NCBI GenBank assembly: GCA_964016885.1
Contig: CAXHJY010000703.1
Location: forward strand, 1 to 44,689
Reading direction: 5' to 3'
Origin: Eledone cirrhosa
Lineage: Eukaryota
DNA length: 44,689 nucleotides
This document shows positions 12,672-29,428 of this stretch, piece after piece (the stretch's first letter is position 1; each line of letters starts with the position of its first letter). Below the pieces are notes generated by a model, which saw nothing but the letters and a program-made list of their open reading frames with translations, was not told the DNA's origin and did not search any database. A program made the position numbers and the translations under genes.

Positions 12672-13726
12672 CTACATTTTAAATTTAAATTTATATTTAA
12701 ACGTTGAGTTCAATCTATGTCTGCAGCAACTGAATAAATTTGTCCGTAGATTAAGGGAATTTTTAGATTTTAGTATAAAGAATATCTCCTCCGCACAGAG
12801 GTCACATGTCTCAGAGGATGAATTAAAAGGAATCCCCCTTGAAACTATATTCCAAGTCGTCGAATATCTAACGTTATCATGCCTAAGTTGCCAGAGTACG
12901 CCTGATAGTGCTGTTGAAGATTTTTTGGATGGATCTGTGAAAGAATTCTTGTGGTTGTTATAGCGAAGTTTAAATTCCGTCGATGTAGAACCAACGTAGT
13001 TAAAAGAATTAACGTCCGTTTTAACATTACAGTTGTATATTATATTTTTAACTAAGCAGTTGTTATTTAACGGACATTTAGATCTATCTCTACAGTTACA
13101 TTTGTTAACTTGGATATTATTTATGCTATTATCGCTAGGTTTTAAGTTCCTGTTATTTATTCTATTAATATTTTGCGCTAAATTTTTGGTGGATGAGTAG
13201 GTTAGTTTTATAGTATGTCTATTGAAAATTGAGTGATACCTATGTGTTCTAGGGAAGCGATTATCAAGAGCTTTAAAAAATAGTTTAGCAATGTGGGTTT
13301 TAATGTTTAGTGAGAAAGGGGGGGCAAACCATATTATATTCCTAGTTCTATTTCTTTTATGGCTTTTGGAATTATTGTAATGCTTTCTATTATAGTTGTT
13401 AAGGTTGTGGCCGTAATTAAAATAGTTGTTATTTTGTTTAATTTGTTTATCATTATCTATGTACATAATTTTATCACTATGTCCTGCTCTAGCTAACGCT
13501 TCATTGTAATAATGGGCTTTTTCGTCGAAAATCTTTTTATTAGATGAGATTCTAGAGATACGTGATTGAACAGAGTTTACTATAGTATTTTTAACAGATC
13601 TGGGGTGGTTAGAGTTAAAGCTGACATAGTTTAAGTTTTCATTCAACTTGTGAAATGGATAGTGAAGACATGTGTTGAGATTTAATGTTATATCTAGGAA
13701 GTTGACTATTCTATGGTTATTCTCAA
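12672..13726 (-). pseudogene. Inverted 3' portion of the PLE B ORF (RT thumb + GIY-YIG)
   Basis: Translation matches the C-terminus of the plus ORF apart from GHSDK vs GYSDK. Confidence 0.92.
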
Positions 13727-15691
13727 GGAGTCAAATTCAGGAGAAACTTCAAAGACCAGGAATATCTGAAAGGCATTAGGGATAATATTGAGAGCTTAGA
13801 GAAAACTGAGAAGATCTTGGTAAAATCTGACAAGACCAACAACCTCTATGGAGTGCAGAAAGACATGTATAATGGCCTCATACTAAAAGAACTGAGGAAA
13901 AAGTACAAGGTAGCAGATAAGGCCGAGCTAGAGAAAATGAATGTTGAGGCATCTTGTATAATGCACGAGTTGGAAATTGAGAACAGAACACAACCTTTCG
14001 TGCCCAGGAAACCGAAGATCAATATGAAAGATCATAAGAGAAATTTTGAGAATGACTTGCCAGTCAGATTGATTGCACCATCAAAATCGGACCTGGGTAA
14101 ACTAAGCAAAATCATTCTTGACAGGGTGATACAGCAAATTAAAAACTTGAGTTGTTTACCTAACCTGAGCTTGTGGAAGGGAACTGGAGAGGTTGTTGAG
14201 TGGTTTAAGCAAATTAAATATAACAATAATAATAAGTTTATTCAACTTGATATTGCTAACTATTATTCTTCCATTACCCCTAATCTACTAAATAAGGCAC
14301 TAAATTACGCATTCAAACATACAGACCTAACTAGCAATGAAATGCACATTATATTATCGGCTAGGAAAACATTGATAGAATTTAATGACCAACTATGGAC
14401 CCGAGCAGATAGAGATAACAATTTTGACATTACTATGGGATCATCCGACTCAGCTCAGGTAACTGACCTTGTGGGCTTATTTTTAATCAATTCGCTGCAT
14501 AGGAAAATACCTGGTACTACCGGAGGTTTATATAGAGATGACATGCTTTTACTTATTGATAATAATAACTCTGAACTAAATAGAAAAAGAAAACAAATTA
14601 CACAATTTTTTAATCACTTTAATCTAAAAATAGAAATTGAGAATAACCATAGAATAGTCAACTTCCTAGATATAACATTAAATCTCAACACATGTCTTCA
14701 CTATCCATTTCACAAGTTGAATGAAAACTTAAACTATGTCAGCTTTAACTCTAACCACCCCAGATCTGTTAAAAATACTATAGTAAACTCTGTTCAATCA
14801 CGTATCTCTAGAATCTCATCTAATAAAAAGATTTTCGACGAAAAAGCCCATTATTACAATGAAGCGTTAGCTAGAGCAGGATATAGTGATAAAATTATGT
14901 ACATAGATAATGATAAACAAATTAAACAAAATAACAACTATTTTAATTACGGCCACAACCTTAACAACTATAATAGAAAGCATTACAATAATTCCAAAAG
15001 CCATAAAAGAAATAGAACTAGGAATATAATATGGTTTGCCCCCCCTTTCTCACTAAACATTAAAACCCACATTGCTAAACTATTTTTTAAAGCTCTTGAT
15101 AATCGCTTCCCTAGAACACATAGGTATCACTCAATTTTCAATAGACATACTATAAAACTAACCTACTCATCCACCAAAAATTTAGCGCAAAATATTAATA
15201 GAATAAATAACAGGAACTTAAAACCTAGCGATAATAGCATAAATAATATCCAAGTTAACAAATGTAACTGTAGAGATAGATCTAAATGTCCGTTAAATAA
15301 CAACTGCTTAGTTAAAAATATAATATACAACTGTAATGTTAAAACGGACGTTAATTCTTTTAACTACGTTGGTTCTACATCGACGGAATTTAAACTTCGC
15401 TATAACAACCACAAGAATTCTTTCACAGATCCATCCAAAAAATCTTCAACAGCACTATCAGGCGTACTCTGGCAACTTAGGCATGATAACGTTAGATATT
15501 CGACGACTTGGAATATAGTTTCAAGGGGGATTCCTTTTAATTCATCCTCTGAGACATGTGACCTCTGTGCGGAGGAGATATTCTTTATACTAAAATCTAA
15601 AAATTCCCTTAATCTACGGACAAATTTATTCAGTTGCTGCAGACATAGATTGAACTCAACGTTTAAATATAAATTTAAATTTAAAATGTAG
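13727..15691 (+). CDS. PLE B RT + GIY-YIG ORF, 5'-truncated but uninterrupted (possibly Hydra-clade-like)
   Basis: KSDKTNN, RLIAPSKSDLG, FIQLDIANYYSSI, FDITMGSSDSAQVTDLVG, GLYRDD, NFLD, SNHP, CNC..CPL..CL, NIIY..YVGSTST.FKLRYNNH. Frame is open from the inversion junction (GVKFRRNF...). Confidence 0.92.
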   Translation, partial: GVKFRRNFKDQEYLKGIRDNIESLEKTEKILVKSDKTNNLYGVQKDMYNGLILKELRKKYKVADKAELEKMNVEASCIMHELEIENRTQPFVPRKPKINMKDHKRNFENDLPVRLIAPSKSDLGKLSKIILDRVIQQIKNLSCLPNLSLWKGTGEVVEWFKQIKYNNNNKFIQLDIANYYSSITPNLLNKALNYAFKHTDLTSNEMHIILSARKTLIEFNDQLWTRADRDNNFDITMGSSDSAQVTDLVGLFLINSLHRKIPGTTGGLYRDDMLLLIDNNNSELNRKRKQITQFFNHFNLKIEIENNHRIVNFLDITLNLNTCLHYPFHKLNENLNYVSFNSNHPRSVKNTIVNSVQSRISRISSNKKIFDEKAHYYNEALARAGYSDKIMYIDNDKQIKQNNNYFNYGHNLNNYNRKHYNNSKSHKRNRTRNIIWFAPPFSLNIKTHIAKLFFKALDNRFPRTHRYHSIFNRHTIKLTYSSTKNLAQNINRINNRNLKPSDNSINNIQVNKCNCRDRSKCPLNNNCLVKNIIYNCNVKTDVNSFNYVGSTSTEFKLRYNNHKNSFTDPSKKSSTALSGVLWQLRHDNVRYSTTWNIVSRGIPFNSSSETCDLCAEEIFFILKSKNSLNLRTNLFSCCRHRLNSTFKYKFKFKM

Positions 15692-16674
15692 TTATGTTTG
15701 ATTTGATTTGTAATTATTTATGAAACTAGCCGATAAATCTTTCGATTTCTTCTTTTTATTAAAACATTCTTTTTATTAAAACATTCTTCATGAATAATTA
15801 AACTACCCTAAAAGCTGATGCTCCAAATATATCGAATTAAATTTTACACTAGATAAACTTCTATATTAAATATAAGAACATATGTAGACCAAATGGGTAT
15901 CCTAAACTCTTGGAATGATTTCTGCTAGACAGGATTTGGTAAACAATTTTTGTTTTATCTGTTTCAACTCTGATGCTTATGATAAACTTGGCAATATATT
16001 GTCAATTAACTTTGAAAGGCTGATCTCTGTGGCCGATTTGCGTGGCATACTATGTTTTATTTTTATTATTTTTTAATATTTTGTAATATTTTTTATTTTT
16101 AATATTAAATGTTTTAGTTTTCTGTTTATTTATTTATTTATTTTCTTGTCTCTGATATTTTTATTTTTATTTTTATTTTTATTTTTATTTTTATTTTTAT
16201 TTTTATTAATATATTGAAATCTGTTCTCTATCTCTGCTTGATCGACAATCATGTAGAGTATAGACAAGAATAGTATTGTTAAAATTAATATAGACTCTAT
16301 ATATATGTGTATATATACACACATATATGTATACTTGAATTTTTATAGCACAATGAGAATGTTTTCGTGTGAATTGGGAGTTTGTTTATAATTATGATAT
16401 AAACATATGAATTTTTAAAAACTAGACATAAGAGCATTACTTTTCACACATTATAGATACATGTCTCATTCATGAATACTGATATTTACATTATAATGCC
16501 TGTTTTATACGAACTAATATTTTCTACAGGATGATACATAGCGTTTTTAAATTCTGCCTCGTTTATGTCTGGTTATTTTTCATTTTCTCTTTTTCATTTT
16601 CTCTTTTTTCTCTCTATATAACGGCTATTTTCTCTCTTAACTACATACATCTCTCTTTACATTAATACTAGAGC

Positions 16675-16705
<31 letters not shown>

Positions 16706-17012
16706 ATGTATCAACCGATACTCAACTTCCTAGTTTCTCTATCTATCTCTATCTATCTCTTTCTTTTTTTCCTCTCTCTATATATATTTCTCTCTGTTTC
16801 TTTACATGGAGTTTCTTCTCTTTATCTATCTTTCTATATCTCTCTATTTAGTCACATGCATTTCTTCTTTTTCTTCGTTTCTCTTTCTTTCTTTCTTTCT
16901 CTCTTTCTTTTTACAACTGTCCACAATATTTTTTACTGCCAAATCAACCTCCCAAATGCAAGGTGATTGAAAGGTATGTCGTATCTATTTATTTATAAGA
17001 CTGTTTATATTG

Positions 17013-17078
17013 TATTTTGTCTGAAGAAGGCATAACATATTGTTAATATGATATCCCTGAAATATATATAACGAAATA
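17013..17078 (+). ncRNA. Type I hammerhead ribozyme motif in the PLE B pLTR
   Basis: tattttgt-CTGAAGA-agg...cct-GAAA-tatata-TA-acgaaata: 8-bp stem I and a palindromic (TA) stem III. Confidence 0.8.
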
Positions 17079-17115
17079 AATATGGTTTTATAAATATAGT
17101 TTCCATTTATTTAAT

Positions 17116-17836
<721 letters not shown>

Positions 17837-17837
<1 letters not shown>

Positions 17838-18150
17838 GTTATACTTGGGGAGGGTCATATTTGCGTAATATTGCCAGAATTAATAACAGAACACACTCAC
17901 TGTTTGGTTGGTTTTCGCTTCTCGCTGTCTTTTATATCTGCGATCTAACTTACTTTTATATCTTACGATCTAACTTAGAGTAAGTTAGATCGCAGATATA
18001 AAAGACAGCGAGAAGCGAAAACCAACCAAACAGTGAATGTGTTCTGTTATTAATTCTGGCAATATTACGCAAATATGACCCTCGCCAAGTATAACAATAT
18101 CTGTTTCGACACACGATTTCATATAAAAAACCTCGCAAAACTAATTCATA
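17837..18150. mobile_element. Fold-back solo pLTR end of a family related to C
   Basis: 17838-17955 is the reverse complement of about 17978-18095. The 3' tail 18075-18149 is homologous to 40940-41015. Confidence 0.8.
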
Positions 18151-18166
18151 TATATATATATTTAGT

Positions 18167-18197
<31 letters not shown>

Positions 18198-18298
18198 GAC
18201 GTAAAATAAGAAAAGTATAAAAATTAACTTACTAAAATTTCACTCCAACTAATTAGTTTCTGAAAGAGAATAAACATGGCTTCCGAACGGAACAACAT

Positions 18299-18607
18299 GG
18301 AGACACAGACCTATGCCACCAGGCTTACGTCGTATACAGACTAGAGTGTGACAAATGCAACAACTTCTACGTAGGTAGCACCACCAGACCACTCCACATA
18401 AGAATAAAAGAACACCTCAATGCTAACGCTTCCTCATTTAAGAAACACCTAGTTAAATGCAAAAACACCGACAAAACCATAACAGTTAGGATAGAAACTA
18501 AGGAAAGAAACCTCAGCAATCTTAGAATTAAGGAAGCACTAATTATAGATAAAACACAACCACCAATGAATAATAGACTAGAACTCAACACCCAATTTAT
18601 AACCTGA
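18299..18607 (+). pseudogene. GIY-YIG endonuclease C-terminus of 5'-truncated PLE D (missed by the ORF track, no start codon)
   Basis: Manual translation: LCHQAYVVYRLECDKCNNFYVGSTTRPLHIRIKEH...LRIKEALIIDKTQPPMN...*. Confidence 0.88.
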
Positions 18608-19002
18608 TAGGGCTTCTAGCCCCATATTTGCACCCCCCCCCCCACACACACGCACACACACACTCGCTTACACCTCCACTTATTCTCTCTCACACATACA
18701 TACACAAAACCAGTTCTAACACCAGATAACACCTATCCCCCACATTTACGAATAGACTTATCTTCTCACACTCACACACAAACACTCACATACTTACACC
18801 TTCATGCATACTCCCACACACTTAAACAGGCATGTATATAAAAAATTAAAAAAACCCCTAAACAAACCTCTTTTAAAGGGAGACTACTCTTTATCCACCT
18901 AATTTTAACTCTTTGACATTAGAGATAGAACAGATACTCTATACTATTTCCTGTCAACATGGCTTGGCAAGATATTTAGAGACGCTGGTTTGAGACCTTT
19001 AT

Positions 19003-19042
19003 TTCCAACTGAAGAAGAGATATTATCTCGAAAATTAAGGAC
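19003..19042 (+). ncRNA. Candidate (degenerate) hammerhead motif in PLE D
   Basis: CTGAAGA-a-gagata t tatctc-GAAA-at-TA; stem I is weak (tcc/gga only). Confidence 0.5.
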
Positions 19043-19199
19043 ATTTAAATAAATCTAAGGTAAAAGACGATTTTTCAACAATATCTTTTGCAATTGCATT
19101 CTTTTTTCTATGTCCATACCTGCATTGTTTTGGCTTTATTATACATATTCAAACGTTTATACCTCATTACACAATGCTTCAAGTGAACTATAACCTCCT

Positions 19200-20189
<990 letters not shown>

Positions 20190-20850
20190 GGATTTAAATG
20201 GATACAGTTTAGTTAAAAGGAATTTATTGACACGTGTTTCAATAACAGTTACATAACCTGAAAACAGCTGCTATCTACAAAGTATTAGTTATGCAGACAT
20301 TCAACTGTCATTTCATCAGAATAATTTTACTGAGGACCTGTTTGGTTTTTATAGAGAATATTAGGAGGGAGGGGTGAAGTTGTTAGAAGAATAGTTGAGG
20401 GAGTGGTTTTTTTGATAGCAGTGAGAATTTTTGGTGGCAGTGAGTAATTAGATTCCCATCTGTTGTTTTGACATTTTTATAGAATATATTATTGGTTATT
20501 TTTCTAAATCTATAGAAAGATTAGAGATAGTATAGATATGCATGGTTGGTTTTGTGTTTGCACTTAATTAACATTCAGACTTAAATTTTTCTTTCAAGTG
20601 TACGTATCCTTTCGCCCACGCATTCACACACAAACATATATGCACACCTCTACAAAATACATATACTCACATACACATACTTACATGCTCATACTTACAT
20701 ACATATACACATGCACACATATATATATACATATATATATACATATATACATGTACATACATACGCATCCATGTGTATACATTTTCATACTCAACTTATC
20801 TTTATATACACACGTATAGACACACACATATATACATACATACTCCAGTC

Positions 20851-20915
<65 letters not shown>

Positions 20916-20974
20916 ACTTTAATACATGAATACACTTACATCCAACTATACACATCAAACATATATATATATAA

Positions 20975-22189
20975 AAACTACGCGAAGATATAAGAAAACT
21001 ACTACTCGAAATAGGACTAACTATAACATATGAATACAACCTTAAAGTAGTTAACTTCATGGATGTCACACTCAATTTAAACTGTGGTCTGATTAAACCG
21101 TTTCATAAATTGAATGAAAATCTCAAGTACGTAAATGTTGTGTCTAACCACCCCATCTCTATAATTAAATCTATCCCTAAAAATATTTCCCTTAGAATCT
21201 CGGGTCTATCTTCTAACATACAAGTATTTAAGGCACACGCCGAGTACTACGATAACGCCCTTAGTAAAGCAGGCTACCTCAACAAAATAGAGTATATAGA
21301 TGAGAACAATCAAAACACCCAAAATAAATCCCACATAGGTAGATATAATAACACAACACCAAACCACACTTACTACCATAGTATACACACCAGTAAACCA
21401 ACAAACAAAACTAATAGAAAGCGATGCAAAGAGTACTTATGGTATAACCCTGAATACAATAGTTCCGTTAGTACAAATTTACCAGTACTCTTCTTTAAAA
21501 TAATTAAGAGACATTTTCCTACATCACACAAATACCACAAAATCCTAAACCCTACCACTATAAGACTGTCATACTCTACAGCGTTAAACCTTGAACAACA
21601 CATAAAAAAGATCAATATTAGAAGGTTAAACGAAAACACTAAAAACTTAAGTACAAGGAACACAAAAAAAAACAGTAGACAATACACTACTGAACATAAA
21701 TAAACCACACCTAAGTTCGTCCGCAATACTACTCCAGAGAAAACCCAACGTACACAACTGTAACTGCACCTATCCTGACAACTGCCCCCTCGGCAATAAC
21801 TACCTGGAAAAAAATATTATTTATAAGTGTACCATTAAATCCGGAGGCAACGAGTGGTATTACGTGGGATCAACGGCAACATCGTTTAAATCTCGATTAT
21901 ATAGGCATTCTTACTCAATAAAACACCAGAGCCAAAGAAATGTAACAACTTAAGCAGAAAAAGCTTGGACGCTCAGGGATAGCGATCAAACGTTTACCCT
22001 AAAATGGGAGAAAATAGCTAAAACCAAAGCTTTTCCAGGAGCCAAAATTTTTGCAAATTGTGTAATCTTGAGATTTATTACATAATCACCCACAAGAAGA
22101 AATTGCTGAATAACAGAATTGAACGAACATTATTCTGCCGTCACCGAACTAAAACCCTTTTTTCCCACTACAAGCTGAATATTACATAA
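20975..22189 (+). pseudogene. PLE E RT-thumb + GIY-YIG pseudogene
   Basis: ITYEYNLKVVNFMDVTL, SNHP, WYNP, CNC..CPL, NIIY..WYYVGSTATSFKSR. In-frame TAA stops (21701 and about 21951) and a frameshift near 22035. Close relative of PLE F. Confidence 0.88.
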
Positions 22190-22467
22190 AAGTGGGACAT
22201 CCCCCCAACTATATAAACCTCAATCTAGTTAGAAATATATAAAAACAATCTCTTCTCAACATATATATGTATATTAATAACCTTAAATTACCACACTAAT
22301 AATGGAAAGATATGCTGATGAAAATAGGTGCAAATATGCTATAATGAATGTGTCTAAAAGCGACCATATGTCTGTATATATATGTGAAAATGTATATAAA
22401 TAAGTAAATATATATATATATGTTTGATGTGTATAGTTGGATGTAAGTGTATTCATGTATTAAAGTG

Positions 22468-22543
<76 letters not shown>

Positions 22544-23069
22544 GACTGGAGTATGTATGTATATATGTGTGTGTCTATACGTGTGTATATAAAGATAAGT
22601 TGAGTATGAAAATGTATACACATGGATGCGTATGTATGTACATGTATATAAGTGTATATATATGTATATATATATGTGTGCATGTGTATATGTATGTAAG
22701 TATGAGCATGTCAGTATGTGTATGTGATTATATGTATTTTATAGAGGTGTGCATATATGTTTGTGTGTGAATGCGTGGGCGAAAGGATACGTACACTTGA
22801 AAGAAAAATTTAAGTCTGAATGTTAATTAAGTGCAAACACAAAACCAACCATGCATATCTATACTATCTCTAATCCTTCTATAGATTTAGAAAAATAACC
22901 AATAATATATTCTATAAAAATGTCAAAACAACAGATGGGAATCTAATTACTCACTGCCACCAAACATTCTCACTGCTATCAAAAAACCACTCCCTCAGCT
23001 ATTCTTCTAACGACTTCACCCCTCCCTCCTAATATTCTCTATAAAAACCAAACAGGTCCTCAGTAAAAC

Positions 23070-23112
23070 TATTCTGATGAAATGACAGTTGATAATCATT
23101 GAAATATTGAAT
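23070..23112 (+). ncRNA. Minimal hammerhead motif in the PLE E pLTR
   Basis: CTGATGA-aatga cagttgataa tcatt-GAAA-tatt-gaat: 5-bp stem II, palindromic AATATT stem III, weak stem I. Confidence 0.6.
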
Positions 23113-23333
23113 GTCTGCATAACTAATACTTTGTAGATAGCAGCTGTTTTCAGGTTATATAACTGTTATTGAAACAAGTGTCAATAAATTCCTTTTAACT
23201 AAACTGTATCCATTTAAATCCTTCTATTTTCTCCGGATTACTTTTGGAACTACAACTGGAACCGTCGAGCAAACTCTACGTGAGCTGTCCATCTACTGTG
23301 TGTAATATTTATATTACAACACTACGGAAAATA

Positions 23334-23426
<93 letters not shown>

Positions 23427-23521
23427 TATATATATATTTATAGATATATATTTATATATATATATATATATATTTATATACGATATTAAATAAATGGAAA
23501 CTATATTTATAAAACCATATT

Positions 23522-23587
23522 TATTTCATTATATATATTTCAGGGATATCATATTAAAAATATGGTATGCCTTCATCAGACAAAATA
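23522..23587 (-). ncRNA. Hammerhead motif, mirror copy
   Basis: Reverse complement of 23674-23739. Confidence 0.78.
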
Positions 23588-23673
23588 CAATATAAACAGT
23601 CTTATAAATACATTTATAAGACTGTTTATATTGTATTTTGTCTGTTTATATTGTATTTTGTCTGTTTATATTG

Positions 23674-23739
23674 TATTTTGTCTGATGAAGGCATACCATA
23701 TTTTTAATATGATATCCCTGAAATATATATAATGAAATA
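23674..23739 (+). ncRNA. Hammerhead motif (family B variant, CTGATGA core)
   Basis: tattttgt-CTGATGA-agg...cct-GAAA-tatata-TA-atgaaata. Confidence 0.78.
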
Positions 23740-23870
23740 AATATGGTTTTATAAATATAGTTTCCATTTATTTAATATCGTAAATATACTCCAAATACTT
23801 GTTGAGTGCTTTTATATCAGTTATAAATATTTACTCGTTGTTACCCAACAATTTAAATAAAATTTTGCAT

Positions 23871-25888
<2,018 letters not shown>

Positions 25889-25893
<5 letters not shown>

Positions 25894-26271
25894 TTATAGG
25901 ATTATCCTGGATGCAGTAATGGTTAATTACTACACTGGATAGAGTTGACGTGAGGGGTTACTCAACGAGTTATGGAAGAAGAGTTGAAGAAACTCAGTTC
26001 CTGATCCTTCTGTATTCCGGAGTGTAGATAAAGAATGAATAATAACAGGTAGACATCATAAAAAGGTAATTTATTCTGTGTGCTTTCAAATGTTTCCACG
26101 GTGGTTATACAGCCTAGTTATGCTATGTGCAAATTTATACCTATTTGCAAAACTCAATTATCAAATGCTGTTACCACTGTATCCTCAGAGCAGAATGGTT
26201 AAAATGTAAAAGGTAAATACCCTTAAGGAAAGTTATTGGGGAAGATAGAGTAGAAAAGGAAGAGAGAAAGA

Positions 26272-26329
<58 letters not shown>

Positions 26330-29300
26330 TGCAGGGGTTGGAGAAATGGGAGAGTGTGGTTTGTAGAATACAGATATCTTAATCAAAATGTTGTGGTAGG
26401 GGTTTTATTATACTGGTTACTCTCAAAGCGACAACCTTAAGCGATGCGTTGATAGTGAAGGTTGGAATTATTTATTCCCACAGAAGGCAGGTTCATAGAT
26501 GTGGAGATGGAGGGAGGTGGACCGAGGGCGAGAGAGAGAGAGAGAGAGAGGGGGGGGAATGGAGAGAGAGGAAGAGATAGAGATAGAGAGGGGACAGACG
26601 AAAGCTATGGGGTGGGTGTACATTGAGTTCATGGTTGCAGGCTACAAATTGCACTTAAGTATCCATTTATAGTGATAAGCAGGGTATTGTCTTGTAGTGT
26701 GGGGGATATAGTTAAGAAGTTGTTATTGAGAGAAAGTAGTTAGCGAGAAAGTAATGTTATAGTTACGGGTTCGAATGTTAAGTTACTTTATAGTGAGAGA
26801 ATTTAGCCTTCAGTTTGTAGTTGCAGTATAATGATCGTTCGATTCTGTCATTTAGTAATTTATTTTGGGATTTTAAGATGTAAATGAGTTCAAGGTTACA
26901 TAACCTGCAGTACTTCAACCCACTCCGATATGCACTAGCGCTAGAAAGTATATTCCATTTCAAGGTGAACTGTTGGTTGCGTTCACGGAGTTGCCAGGTC
27001 TTGTTGGCGAGCGTGGTCACAAAACGGTGATTAGGATGTTTAATTGAGAATCGATGACGATACCAGCGAGATTTAAAGGAGGTAGTGGTAGACCCGATGT
27101 AATACCATTTCTGGTCGTTCGATTCAACAGTGCATTGATAAACAATGTTCGACTTTAGGCATTTATTCATCAATGAACATCTTTCAGGTAGATGGCAGTT
27201 ACAGTTTTTATTGTGGGTAGCAGGTATACCATGGATAGGTTGGGATAACAGTGCAGGTGGGTTGTGTAATACCCGTCTCTCATTTAGTGGTTGGGAGGCC
27301 GATACAACGTTATGCTCATCTGTTATTAAAATATTTTGTTTTGTAGTGTTGTTTAATTGCTTTAAGTTAAGTTTCTTTATGTATGCTTCAAGGTTTGGTG
27401 CAGTGGAGTATGATAGCTTAATAGTCTTAGAGTTCAGAATTTTACTGTATTTATGGGAACTAGGGAAATTCTTCTTGATTAACTTAAAGAATGAAAGAGA
27501 TAGTTTTGAACTAATCGAAGCATTAAAAATGGGATTATACCAGATATACTTTCTACAACGTGATTTATTTGGTGATGATTTTCTATTATTAGTATGTCTG
27601 GTGGTACTGCGTGTGTGCGCTTGTATTTCTGTACCCCGGTTACGTATTCTTTGATTTCGTGTAGAGCTATGTGTGTTATGGAGATTCTTATCAATGTATT
27701 CTATTGTATCCGGGTGGTCGGCATTCCTTAATGCATTATTATAGTATTCAGCATGTTCACTGAAAATCTCAGAGTTAGACGATAGGCGAGAGATTCTAAG
27801 AGAAATAAAACGGGGAACCGATTTGATCATGGAAAGTGTGTGGTTTGAGTTAAAATTGATATAGGTAAGGTTCTCATTTATCTTGTGGAAGGGTCGTATC
27901 AGTCCGGTATTTATATTAAGGGTTACGTCTAGAACATTTCCTATTTAAGATTGTATTCGTACGTTATTTTTAGACCCAGTTCACTAAAAAATGTTCTAAT
28001 GTTTTTCCGTAGCCTTTCAAGATTTTGGTTATTTAAGTTATTAATTAATAAAAGCGCGTCATCTCTATATATTCCCCCGTGTAGATTACTAAATTTCCCA
28101 TGTAGTATGTGGGCTATGTAAATTCCCACAAGATCGGTGACCTCCGCTGAGTCGTTGGAGCCCATGGTAATGTCGAAGTTTGTAAGTCTGTCCTTACGTT
28201 CCCAGTAGCAGTTATCAAGCTTGATAATAGTTTTCCTAGCCTCTAGAATAATATTAATTTCGTCCTCCGTTAGGTCAGAATTGACTTTGGCAAACGATAG
28301 GGCCTTTCGTAAAGTGCTGGGTGAGATTGAAGAGTAGTATTCGTCTATGTAACATTGTATAAACTTAGACTTATTCTTGTTCTTAACGTTATTAAACCAG
28401 CGAATTGCTTTGCTAGTGTTGCCCCATAATTTAATTTCTATTTTCTTTTTCAATTGAGTTATTACTCTGTCAAGTATATGTTTGCTAATATTTCCTATGT
28501 CTGATTTAGAAGGGCATATAAGTCTAATCTTAGAGTTAGAGTAAAAATTTACCTTAAGGTCCTTCAGGTTAAAGGTGGGGGTTGCGGGTATAATCGGTTC
28601 GGTTCTATCGTCTATCTTGAGATTATTCACTGCCTTGTATGCTTCGTTGTTAATGTTTGCTAGCGTAGTTTCACTTGTTTTTCTATATTTCTTGTGTCGT
28701 TCTTTGCGTATGAAGCTGTTGTATGTATCGATATCCATGGTATACACGTTAGAGGTCTTATCTGCTTTCACAACAATTCCATTGGTATTTTGCAGTCTTC
28801 GGAGTAGTGCTTTCATGTTGTGCTACAGCTGATTACTTCTATGTTTGGTAAATTTAATATTCATGGTCATATTCATTAAGTCTTGTTCGAAAGCATCGAG
28901 GTGGGGGTGTGTGGGTGGGTTTTTACATGATTTAAAATCATATGATTCAGACGAGTGACTGGCGTGTCCATTATCGAAATGGAAAGCCTTCCATCGTACA
29001 CGCCGAATAAAGTCATTAGTACGTTGTATCATACCAAGAATGTATTCCCTTTTGTTAGGTATAGGTATGTTTTTAAGTTACATACCTATATGATGCCTTT
29101 CCATATGATTGCCGTGTGTCAGTGTGATTGCTCAAATGTGCAGGAGGCGATTATTAGGTATAGGATTATCCTGGATGCAGTAATGGTAAGTTACTACACT
29201 GGATATGGTTGACGTACGGTGAGGGGTTACTCAACGAGTTATGGAAGGAGAGTTGAAGAAACTCAGTTCCTGATCCTTCTGTATTCCGGAGTGTAGATAA

Positions 29301-29344
29301 AGAATGAATAATAACAGGTAGACATCATAGAAAGGTAATTCATT
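25889..29344 (-). mobile_element. PLE F: full-length decayed pLTR-ORF-pLTR element
   Basis: Direct repeats 25889-26071 and 29153-29340 flank a complete but disrupted RT-GIY-YIG ORF; (GA)n tracts in the 3' UTR. Confidence 0.92.
26778..29105 (-). pseudogene. PLE F RT + GIY-YIG pseudogene (same clade as B, E, G)
   Basis: MERHHIGM*LKNIPIP..IRRVRWKAF, KADKTSN, RLICPSKSDIG, FDITMGSNDSAEVTDLVG, GIYRDD, CNC..CSL, NIVY..YYIGSTTTSFKSR. Several stops split it into the track ORFs 28823-29032, 27941-28816 and 26778-27830. Confidence 0.92.
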
Positions 29345-29379
29345 ATATATATATATATATGCAGAGGTTGGGATTCAAC

Positions 29380-29428
<49 letters not shown>

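Larger units (their letters stand above)
23480..23870. mobile_element. Palindromic solo pLTR mini-element of family B with two hammerheads
   Basis: Symmetry axis at 23610-23611; arms 23480-23609 and 23612-23782; tail 23783-23868 matches the reverse complement of 11136-11225. Confidence 0.9.

Noticed and set aside
18192-18298. LKENKHGFR resembling the LINE RT QHGFR motif
   Set aside because: Too short and flanked by stops; cannot be supported without a search.
23622-23681. CRISPR-like short direct repeats
   Set aside because: Contiguous 20-nt tandem units without spacers in a eukaryotic context; consistent with slippage.
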